Source: Chiloscyllium plagiosum
Taxonomy: Eukaryota
DNA length: 62,000 bases
Direction of reading: 5' to 3'
NCBI RefSeq assembly: GCF_004010195.1
Contig: NC_057751.1
Coordinates: 15,977,969 to 16,039,968 of the forward strand
This document shows, piece after piece, positions 1-62,000 of this stretch. A program made the position numbers and the translations under genes. The notes under the pieces were generated by a model. That model saw only the letters and a program-made list of their open reading frames with translations, did not search any database and was not told the origin of the DNA. Numbering within the stretch: the first letter of the stretch is position 1; each line of letters opens with the position of its first letter.

Positions 1-154
1 CCCCCTGTTCCCCAGGCATGAACCATGGCGTCTGGATTACCATCCCATTACCACAACACCAGCCTTCCACCCATTGTTGGGGTTCGTTACCCGGACACCG
101 AAGGCCTCCATTTATCCTCCAGCGGCAGCGTGCGAGTTAGTGTCCAGAGGCTGC

Positions 155-51541
<51,387 letters not shown>

Positions 51542-52260
51542 TTCTCCCCTCTCCCCGTCCCGCCCCTCGATGAAAGGAACGAGAAAACGCGAGAGAGATT
51601 TCAAAAACAAACTGAAGAGAAACAACCTCTCAGTTAAACCATGATGGGGAGGTCTCGTCTCCCTTCAACACTGGCTATCTCACAAGTCACAGTCCATGGT
51701 TGGAGAAAAACGTGCTTTAAAAGCTTCTCAAAAGCGCAGAGGTACATCTTAGCAGCGTCTCACCTGCTGAGCAGGCTGGGGGGCCCTCTGTGTCTCACTG
51801 CCACAAGTCGCTATAGAGGTTTGCACATTTCCAGCTCAGTGCAATTGCATTGCCATTTGTGTGTGTCTGCGGCCGGAAGAATTCAACTCATTTGACATCG
51901 AGAGCACTTGAAAAGTATAACTTCCCATGAGGCACCGTGCCAAAATCTACCCGCTTTTTGTTTTTGTCCGCCTTTTTGCAAACTCAGCCTCCAGCTCCCT
52001 GTCCTCCTGGATTGAGTCGAGCTCACTTGAACTCTGAACAACTCCCGGCTTTTCCCAAAACGGCCCTTCTTCCAAAGTCGATCGGGAGACGCTTTAAATG
52101 TTCGAAACCGTGTGGTGTAATTGAGCGACAGTCCCTTCGGTGGTTTGCAGTAACAGCGAACAGATTTATGTCCCAGGAACTAGATGTGAATGAAAGATTT
52201 CTGACGTTTAAGGTGAAGGCGCAGAGATATCTCTCCACCCACCCCTCACCACCATGAGTA
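51542..52260 (-). promoter_or_regulatory. Putative 5'UTR/promoter region, with a possible short 5'UTR intron at 51612-51763
   Basis: Repeat-free and relatively CpG-retaining sequence upstream of the ATG; CAG|GTGAGA donor at 51763 and tttctcttcag| acceptor at 51612. Confidence 0.35.
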
Positions 52261-52549
52261 GGCGTTTTGGGGTCGAATGAACTTTGAATTAGATGCAAAC
52301 AGACTTTACTTTCCAAATCTTTCACAGTCTAGGAGAGAATAGTAGGGATTAACAGACAAACAGAGCACAGGAGCCTGTTCAATCTGATCAGGGCTGATCC
52401 AATGTTTCAATGTCAGATTCCTGCCAAGTACCCACTGATGCTTCTAAAATTGAAACATTTGATCTGTCTCTTTCAGTGACTTGCCTCCACAGCCTTCTGC
52501 AGGAAAGAATCCCCACAGGTTGACTGTGTTCTCTGGATGAAGAAACGTT

Positions 52550-52870
52550 TCATAAAATCCTTACAGTGTGGAAGCAAGCCATTTGGCCCATCGAGTCCAA
52601 GCCAACCTTCCCACCCAGCCCCAAACCTCTTTTCTCTCCCTGTAACCCCGCATATCTCATGGCTAACCCACCCAGCCTGCACATACCTGGACTCTATGGA
52701 CAATTTAGCACGGTCAATCCACCCTAATGTGCACATCTTTGTGACTGCAGGAGGAAACCCACACAGACGGGGAGAATGTGCAAATTCTACAAAGACAGTA
52801 ACCCGAGAGTGGATTTGAACCCGGGTGCCTGGCGCAGTGAGGCAGCAGTGCTAACCACTGAGCCAGCGTG
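52550..52870 (-). mobile_element. HE1-type SINE
   Basis: Reverse-complement head. Confidence 0.75.
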
Positions 52871-53699
52871 CTGGCCCTATCTGAATATCCTCATCTTAGT
52901 GCTGTATCCTGAGACTTGCTCCCCACAAACCAGGGGAAATATCTTCCCAACATCCAGTCCGTCCCAGCCCTCTTAGAATGTTGTACGTTTCAATCAGATC
53001 CCCCTCCCGTCCTTCTAAACTTGAGTGAATACAGGCCGATCATGGGACAGTCCCCGTTATCAGACTAGTGAACCTCTGCTTCAATCCCTCTAGCAGGAAG
53101 ACCAAAACAGCATGCTATACTGCAGGTATAGTCTGCACCCTGTGTAAGTGCAGTCAGACACCCCAACGCCTGAACATAAATCTCTCTGCCAGATGGCAGT
53201 GACTACTGCAGGATGACATGTTGATTATTCGGATGATGAAATCTCTGCCCTTTTTGCTTGCGATTGCGTCAGCAACTGAGAGGGGAGTGCAAGATGGGGT
53301 TAAACAGGGCTGAACGCAGCCTCCATGCGACTCCAGACCCCACAGTGGTGTGGTGAGCCAAACTAACTGACCATCAAACGATGGCGCGGAGAAGTGAGTT
53401 GAGGGGCGGACACAGAGAGTCTGTGAAGGAATATCGATACGTTAAGGGAACGGGCAAACATCTGGCAAATGCTGGAAAATGTGACGAGAGGAATAGGAAA
53501 GGCAGAATGTTATTCAAAAGGAGGGAACCTGCACAATTCCACAGCGCTGAGAGATCTGGGCTGATTCAGTAGTATTTCAGAAAATGGAACCACTCCTCCC
53601 TAACATGCAGGTCTGAATTTCAGTTTCTGTATTTCCAGTTGGTGGATTACTGAATGAACTTACGTGTCATTATTTTCAAGAATGGGATCACAGCATCCC

Positions 53700-54015
53700 G
53701 AGAGTTGGAAGCGGACCAATAAGCCTATTGAGTCCATATCAACCCTCTGAAGAGCATCGCACCCTCCTGCCCTATCCCTGTAATTCCCATGACTAATCCA
53801 GCAAGCCTGCACATCCCCGGACACTAGGGGTAATTTAGCATGGCCAATCTACCCAACCTGCACATCTTTGGACTGTGGGAGGAAACCAGAGCACCCGGAG
53901 GAAACCCACGCAGACACGGTGGGTGGAGGGTGTGCAAGGTCCACACAGACAGTTGCCTGAGGCTGGAATCGAACCTGGGCCTCTGACATCGTGAGGCAGC
54001 AGTGCTAACCACTGT
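53700..54015 (-). mobile_element. HE1-type SINE
   Basis: Reverse-complement head. Confidence 0.8.
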
Positions 54016-54479
54016 GGGACCCCTAAGAATTGTTAAGAGACAGAATTTGTAGAAGAAAGCTGTGAGCAATATGGAAAATTGTTGTCTTAGTTTTGACAGG
54101 AGTTTAAAAGGCAGTGTGCTAGAAGACGTTCCTTATGTACTCATGTGAGAGACGTGAGCTTCATATTGCTGCTTATCTTAGACTATTTCCTCGTCGGACA
54201 GAGAATTGGCTGACATGTAGGAAACAGCAAGTGGCGTCCTGGGACCAGTGGAGTTCTACAGGGATCAGTGCTGGGGCTGTGGCTGTTGACAATATACATG
54301 AATGATTTATGAAGAAAGTAAATTCGTCTTGTTTACCCTGTAACAATTCTGTGCTTGCGTCTGTAAATAATACTTGACAAGCACTTGGGCAACTTAATAA
54401 ACCCTCCCGTCTCAGTTCCTGCAGTGGGTAGGACTCTGGCTTCTGAATTGAAAATCTGTGGGCTCACGTCATCAAAACT

Positions 54480-54915
54480 GACACTCAAAGCACTGACAGC
54501 TCATGGCAGAACTGCAAGAAACTATGGAGGGCTGTCAACACAGCCCAGTCCATCACAAAAGCCAACCTTCCATCCAATTGACTCATCTACACTTCCTGTT
54601 GCCTCGGGAAGGCAGCCAACATCATCAAAGACCCCTTCCACCCTCTTCACAATCTCTTACAATAGGCAGAAGGTAGAAAAGCTTAAACACACGTACCGAC
54701 AGGTTCGAGAACAGCTTCCTTCCCGCTGTTATTAGAGTTCTGAATGGACCTCTCAACTCAAACCTCATACTGATCTCGCTTTTCGTGTCCCGTCTCTGCA
54801 GCCTACCTCGCTCTGTTCAATCACCCTATGATTTTTGGATGGTATGACGGCTGTACTGCGTGCAAACCAAAACTTTTCACTGTACCTAGGTACATGTGAC
54901 AAAAAGGAGTCAAAT
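54480..54915 (+). mobile_element. Rex1/Babar-like LINE 3' fragment
   Basis: KAANIIKDP-like segment and cttttcactgtacctaggtacatgtgacaa tail. Confidence 0.55.
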
Positions 54916-56737
54916 AATATACAGGGTGACTGGTTAACACGGATAGAGGAGGTCTGGTTAACTGAAAAGAAACAGAAAATCAGGAGGAGGGTCATTTTCA
55001 GGTGACCAAACCATTAGGTATTGGTAAATATCTCTAATCTGTCAGTTCAAACCCTATCAGAGCCGCGCATGGAATCTTCATTCATTGTGGAATCTGGATC
55101 ATGTAAACCCACCTGGTTCACTATTACTTTTAGGAAAGGAAATCTGCTGTCCTTACCAACTCTGGCCTACATGTAACTCCAGACCCCACAGCAATGTGCT
55201 GTTGAGCCGGACTAGGTGACTGTATTACAACACGAGGCAGGAAGTGAGTTGAGGGGAGGACGCAGAGAGTCTGTGAAAGGGATATTGCTATGTTCAGTGA
55301 ATGTGCAAATGTCTTGCAGATGGAGAATATTGCTGGGAAACACGACAGAAAGAATAGGAAAGGCAAAATGTTATTCAAACGGAGGGAATCTGCACAATTC
55401 CACAGTGCCAAGGGATATCCTTGTACAGGAATCACAAAAAATTAGCATGTCGTGTCAGCAAATGGTTAGGAAGGCAAATGGAAAGTTGGCCTTCATTGCA
55501 AAGGGAGTAGAATTAAGGAAGGTTTGCGACAGGGTGTTGATGAGACCATAGCTAGACTATAATTTACTGTTCGTTGTGTTTAAGGAGGGATCTCCTTGCA
55601 TTAGAAGCAGTTCTGAAAAGATTTGCTTGGCTGATTGGTGGGTAAAGGAGTTTATCTCACAAGGAAAGATTCAGCCGTTGTACCGCTGGAGCGCAGAAGA
55701 ATGCGAGATGATCTTGTGAAAGCATGTAAGACTCTGAAGGAGAGATGGCAGACAGGAAATGTTCCTCGCAGGAACTAAAGCAAAAGGCGGAGATGAGGAG
55801 GAATTACCCTCCCCAAAGGTTGCTAATCTATGGAATTCTCTTCCAAACTGAGTAGCAGAGACTGGATCATTGAATATATTCAAGGCTGATTTGATCAAGA
55901 ACAGGATCGGGGCTTATGGGGATAGACAGGAAGGTGTAGTAGAGGTAACAACCAGATCAGCTATGATCTTATTGAAAGGTGGAACAGACTCAACGGGTAA
56001 AGTGGCCTCTACAGAGTCATAGAGATCTACAGCACAGAACAAGGCCCTTCAGCCCATCATGTCCATGCTGGTCAAACAGTGTCCTAACTATTCTACTCCT
56101 GCTCCTAGGTTTTATGCTGTTATGGTCAGGGCCTGGTGTACTGTCAGAAGGTCATCTTTTTAATTAGATGTGAAACCAAAGTCCCATTCCTCTTCTTAGG
56201 TGGAGAGTAAAAGATCCCACACAGCAGGAGAGCACTGGCTCATAATTCTCTCTCCAGCGTGGACTATGTGGGCAAATGGCTTCCTTCTTTCAAGGCACAT
56301 GGGAGATTGTACAAGGGTATTATCAGAAATGTGTGAGCACGGATATCAGGAAAGGATTGACAGGCTGGGGCTCGACCATCTTGGAAACTGAAGGCATAGG
56401 GGTGACTGAATAGAGATGTTTAAAATCCTGACAGGTCCTCCTCAATGGAGTCGGTACCGAGAGAATGTTTCCTCTTGTGGAGGAAGAGCAGATCCAGAAG
56501 CTGTCAATATCAGACTGTACCCAAGAATCCCCATTGGGAATCTCAGAAGGAACCACTTCCTCTCGAGAGTGGGGAGAATTTGGAAGTCGCTCACAAGGGA
56601 GTGCTGAATTGTACTGATGCATCTAAGGGGACACAGGTATAAGGGAGATGGGTACAGAGGATTATAATGGTGGATTTAGCTGTGAAAATTTGGGAGGAGG
56701 CTCAAATGCAACGTGAACACTGGCATGAATTGGTTGA

Positions 56738-57102
56738 CAAAGTTAAAAATCACACAATATAACTAGAGGGCATAGGTTTAGGGTGACAGGGGAAAGATAT
56801 AAAAGGGACCTAAGGGACAACTTTTTCACACAGAGGGTGATATGTGTATGGAAGTGGTGGAGACTGGTACAATTGCAACATTTAAAAGGCATTTGGATGG
56901 GTATATGAATAGGAAGGGTTTGGAGGGATATGGGCCAGGTGCTGGCATGTGGGACGAGATTGGGTTGGGATATCTGGTCGGCATGGACGGGTTGGGCCGA
57001 AGGGTCTGTTTCCATGCTATACATCTCTATGACTCAATGACTCTAATACTAGGTGTGATTTTTAACTTTGTCCACCCCAGTCCGACACTGTCACTTCTAC
57101 AT
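56738..57102. mobile_element. Fold-back Penelope-like mini-element with a CR1 3' fragment (56760-57045, +) nested at its centre
   Basis: Inverted gacaaagttaaaaatcacac arms; TSD catgaattggttga at 56724-56737 and 57103-57116. Confidence 0.7.
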
Positions 57103-57639
57103 CATGAATTGGTTGAGCTGAGCGATCCGTATACCAACGTAAGCCAATATCACCGTTGCTTGCTGCGTGCAATTTAGCAATGTTTCCGAGCTTGTATGCA
57201 CTTTGAAAGTACTTTATTGTCTGGACAGTGTCTCAAAAGGTCTACTGGCTGCGAGAGGTGCTGCATAAATGCAAGCCTTTCATTGTACAATCAATTCCAG
57301 GCAAGAATCCGATATTGACAGATCCTACAACGGGCAAGGCAAGCGCAAGTCTCCCTTGTGGAACAAGGGTGAGAAATCTGTGAGCTAGTCCAAGTGCGCT
57401 GAGATAAGGGGTGACATAAGAATCAAAGTGGGGTGGAAGAAAATAAGGAACTGCTAGAAAGCCACTACCAGCAGGTTAGGTGGGTTAGCTTTGGGAAATG
57501 CAGGGTTACAAGGTTAGGGTAATAGTCTGGGTGGGATGCTCTTTGGAGGGTCGGTGCGGACTCGATGGGCCAAATGGCCGGCTTCCACACTTTATGGATT
57601 CTGAGAGAGAAGCTAAAGTTAAGGGTGTGACCCTTTGAG

Positions 57640-59750
57640 GATGCAAACAGTGAATTGATAAGGGAAGAAGGGAAATGACAGATAATTTAAGATAATATTT
57701 CGTGTCAGTCTTCACGGTGGAGGACAGTATAAACGTTCCAAAGAGAACTGATTAGCAAGGTGAGAATGGGGGCAAGGTCTTGTTTCAGTCTCTATCCCGA
57801 GGGACACATTATTTGACAAACTAATGGGGCTAAATGCAAAGAAGTCACCAGGAACCCATAGCCTGCATCTAATGACTTTAAAGGAAGCTGTCACAGAGGG
57901 AGAGGCAGCCTCGGTTGACAAGTTCCAGAGCTGACTGGATTCAGGAGGATTCCAGCAGACTGGAAAACGGCTAATGTGACACTTTTGTTCAAAAAGAGGG
58001 AGAGACAGAAACCAGGTCGGGTTAGCCTACCATCTCTCATTGGCAAAATGCTTGCATTCATTAAGGGAGAGACAGCAGGCCATTTAGAAAAGCCAAACAC
58101 AGTAAAACAGAGCTAATGTCGTTTCGTGAAAGGAGATCATACTTGACAAATCACGAGAGTTCTTACGAGCCTAATACAGGTCGTGTTGATAAAGGGGAAG
58201 TGCTAGATTAGTGTATTTGCATTTCTCGACAGCACTCAATGTGGCGTCCACGGAGGAGATTATTGCTCACTCTCAGCAGTGGGGGCAATGCATTAGGATG
58301 GATTAAGGATTGGTTAGCACGGAGAAGAGAGTTTGGATTAAATAGTCAGTTACAGGTTGGAAGGATCAGTCCTACGGCCTCTATTGTTTACTATCCATTT
58401 TCAATAACTTGGAGAAGGAAGCAAGTCATGTCTCCAAATTTGCTGATGGTACAAAAATAGTTTGGAGAGTATGAGTGATGAGGACATAAAGAATCTGTGG
58501 GAAGATAGAGAAACGTTGAGTGAGTGAATGAAGAATGAAAAGGCAGACCATTATTTAAATGGATGACTCCAAAAAAGTGTTGCAGAGGGTGTTCTTGCTC
58601 TGGCTGTTCTTTACAAAAGACTGGCATGCAGTTGGAGTTTAAAAACAGAAAAATCTTGTGACAACTGTGCAGTGTCAGTGAGGTTACACCTGGAATACTG
58701 CATACAATTTTAGTCCCCGTATTTAAGAGAGTACATATTAGCATTGGGGGCAGTTCAAAAGAGATTTAGTCGACTGATTCCTCAGGTGAAGGGGTTGACT
58801 TTAGTGGTCAGTGCATTCAGTACAGAAACTGGGGTCATGTTGCGGCTGTGCAGTTAGGCTACTTTTGGAATACTGCGTGCAATCCTGGAGGTCTCCCTCC
58901 TATAAAAAAGACGTTGTGAAACTCAAAAGATTCAGAAAAGATTTAGAAGGTTGTTGCCTGGGCTGGAGGGTTTGAGCTGCAGGAAAAGGCTGAATAGTCT
59001 GGGGCTGTTTCCTTTGAGCATCAGAAGCTGAACAGTGACCTTATAGAGGTTTACAAAATCATGAGGGGCATGGATTGGGTGAATAACTATTCTTCAGAAT
59101 AGGGGAAGTCCAAAACTAGAGGGCATAGGTTTAAGGTGAGAGGGGAAAGATTTAAAAGGGAACTAAGGGGTAACTTTTTCACGCAGTGGTACATATATGG
59201 AATAAGCTGCCAGAGGAAGTGGTCGTGTCTGGTACAATGACATTTAAAAGGCATTTGGATGGGTATATGAATAGGAAGGGTTTAAGCGAGATGAGCCAAA
59301 TGGTGGCAAATGGGACTAGATTAATTTCGAATATCTGGTCGGCGTGGATGAGTTGGACTGACGGGTCTGTTTCCATGGTGTATAACTCCATGAATTATCA
59401 AGAATGGCTAAACAGGTTAGAAGAATGAGAGGTGATCTCATCAAAAACATGTAAGATTCTAAGAATACAGGGAGGGACCATGAGGTGAATTGTGAAATGG
59501 AGACTTTTTTACTGAATAAGGGGACACTCGTTTAAAATTGAGATGTGAATGATTTCCTGCTCCAAAAGGTGGGTGAGTGTCTGGAATTCTCTACCTGAGA
59601 GTTATGGTGGCTCGATCACACAGTACTTAAAGACAGATTATTGAAATAATCAGGGAGTTGAGGGCTATTGGGAGCTGGAATGAAAGAGGATTCGCGGATA
59701 ATTCTTGTTGAAAAACAGGGCAGATTTGAGGAATGAACCTCCATTCCTAT
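57640..59750 (+). mobile_element. Old decayed CR1 with a younger CR1 (58800-59390) nested inside
   Basis: Degenerate IPADWKTANVTLLFKK and SKFAD motifs. Confidence 0.75.
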
Positions 59751-59777
59751 TCCTGTGTCGGCATGCCAACGTGATGG

Positions 59778-62000
59778 TGTGACACATATTCTGGCTTTAA
59801 GAGGTGTATTTTTGTTTCGGTTTTGTTTTCAAAGAGAGGTTTTAAGACAGTGGTGCCGAGTTGTGTTTGTGAATCCAATTAACCAAACAGCTTGTGAGGC
59901 ATTAGTTTGTTTTTTTAAGTTGGAACAAAGGAAGTCACCTGAATGGGTGGGGTCAAGCTCCCACAGAACCAGGATTTGAAGTTTTAGTTTTTCAGTAACA
60001 GCTGCTGGGGTCTTGAAGCTGGATGTGGAAGCTGTTATTCCTCTCTGTTACAGCTAAAAAACTGGGGTTCTCTTCATGCAGCTTGAATTGCCTGTGAGAC
60101 AAATTATTTTACTGAATTTGCCTTTGTCAAGTGTGTGTCTATGGGACGTTACAATACTGGAACAGTTATTCTTTAGTAGTTAAATAATCTATTATTCTGT
60201 TAAGTTTTGCAACAGAGTTAAGTTATTCTAATGTCTTCTTTCCTTCGCTGTATCTTACCTATAGTGTATGAAATAAAGTATGTATTGCTTCAACTCTGGT
60301 AGTTTGACCAATTGAATTGCATCAGGAACACAATGCCTGACACTTGCCTTTCAAGTAAGAAAATGTTATGGTCTAAGCTATGTTCCTAATATATTTTGAG
60401 GGCATAACAATTGAGGGCAGATCCAGTATCAAATGCTCTAATTCCAGGTTGGGTTTAGAATTGTTGGACCCAAAAGGCAGTAAGTGGTGAGTGTAGGGTC
60501 TTTCATGTTGTGTGTTGCATTCAATTGGTTTGAACATAGTTTGCCTTGTGAAGAGCCACAAAGATGTACAGCACGGAAACAGACCCTTCGATCCAACTCG
60601 TCTGCCGACCAGATATCCCAACCCAATCTAGTCCCACCTGCCAGTACCCGGCCCATATCCCTCCAAACCCTTCCTATTGATATACCCACCCAGATGACTT
60701 TTAAATGTTGCAATTGTACCAGCCTCCACCACTTCCTCTGGCAGCTCATTCCATACATGTACCACCCTCTCCGTGAAAAAGTGTCCCCTTCGGTCTCCTT
60801 TATATCTTCCCCTCTTACCCTAAACCTATACCCTCTAGTTCTGGACTCCCCTCTTTCAGTCGCTAAGAGCTTTCTGGGGGTGGAGGAATGCACTTCGGGA
60901 GCTTTCCAGAAGGCAGAGCTTTCCAAAATGGCAAACAAATTGGAGTTGGGAGCTGTCAGCGAGGCGAGAGAGAGAGAGAGTTTTTGAACCTCAGTGGTCA
61001 GAACTGAAAACTCAAAGTCAACTTAAAATGGCAGAGGCAGAGGTGAAAGGTCAGAGTAGTTACAAAGATAGAGATGGAGAGCAATCCCATCATGGCCAAA
61101 GACCGAGTGGCAATCTGTATAAATGTGGTCAAGAGTTGCCTAAGTTCAATAAGAAGGATATATAAGCTTTCTTCATTTCAGTTGACAAACAGGCTAAACA
61201 AATGAAACATTTGGTGACCATGTGAGTGTTGCTGATCCAAACAAGGTTGGTAGGTAGAGCGAGAGAGGTATTTGCATCACTATCACAGGAGGTATCTGGG
61301 GAGTATAACGAGATGATAAATGCCATCGTAAACGCACATCAGCTGGTACCAGAAGCCGACAGACGTTTTATGAATCCAACGAGAAAACCTGGTCAAACGC
61401 ATATTGAGTTTGAAAGGATCAGACAAAATAATTTTAATAGGTGGATAAGGGCACTGGAAATTGATCAAACATATGATGCTCTTAGACAACTATTTTGGAG
61501 TTCAAAAGTTAATTTGCTGAAGTACTAAGAACTTATGTGGAACAGCAGAGACTTAAGACTGCAAGATTAGCAGCAGAAATGGCAGATGATTAGGAGTTGG
61601 ATCATAAATTAAAGTTTGGCGTCCGACATCAATTTCAATTTGTGAGGAATAGAAATTGGGGGAAGAAAGAGAAATCCTCAGGTGGCAAGGGAAAAGTAGA
61701 CCTCATTGAAACGCATGAGGGGGATAGAGAAGTTAAAAAGCTCGTGTTTTCACTGTAATAAAGCAGGCCCACATGAAGTCGCAGTATTGGTGGGTTAGAA
61801 AAAGCACTGGGAAGACAGATGTGAGGAAACAGGTTGAGCTGGTGAGTTTTGTTGATGTGGTGAAGGAAGGCACAGTGGAAACTAAAAAGCTGCTAAAGAT
61901 TGTACGACATGGCTAGGGGTTGGTTGAGAAGAAACTGCCAGACCTCTTTAAAGAATTTATTTGTGAGCATACGGTTTACACACGTATGCCAGGAGGAATA
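59778..62000 (+). mobile_element. Decayed Gypsy (Gmr1-like) LTR retrotransposon: 5' LTR 59778-60409, degenerate PBS, gag remnant with SCAN-like capsid; runs off the window
   Basis: LLIQTRLVGRAREVFASLS..QLVPEADRRF..RKPGQTHIEFERIRQNNFNRWIRALEI..YDALRQL; stops and frameshifts. Confidence 0.75.
60563..60852 (-). mobile_element. CR1 3' tail inserted in the LTR element leader
   Basis: Matches the other young CR1 tails. Confidence 0.88.

Overview
Vertebrate genomic DNA, most likely a cartilaginous fish (inferred from HE1-type tRNA SINEs, abundant CR1 LINEs and a ~70-bp satellite). The window holds one nearly complete minus-strand gene for a Ste20 (GCK-V) kinase of the SLK/STK10(LOK) family. I mapped 18 coding exons by hand (ATG 51541, TAG 155-157; 3927 nt, 1308 aa). 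All have GT-AG boundaries and consistent phases. One expected coiled-coil exon is not visible and probably lies in the 904-N gap at 10053-10956. The protein looks like a divergent third SLK/STK10 paralogue, not a plain orthologue. It has an RRAS activation loop, a 614-aa acidic exon with an AKAP-like helix, and a 27-nt microexon. Introns and upstream DNA contain CR1, HE1 and SacSINE-like SINEs, Rex1 tails, solo LTRs, a Gmr1-like Gypsy remnant (LTR plus SCAN-like gag), a Tigger-like MITE and Penelope-like termini. The Penelope-like termini carry minimal hammerhead ribozyme motifs, and several form fold-back mini-elements with target-site duplications (TSDs). Other notable structures are a near-identical inverted CR1 pair bracketing kinase exons 2-8 (834 nt, phase 0/0, a circRNA-type geometry) and a CR1 with twin-priming-type 5' inversion. 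Repeat family names come from recalled similarity, not searches, and repeat boundaries are approximate.
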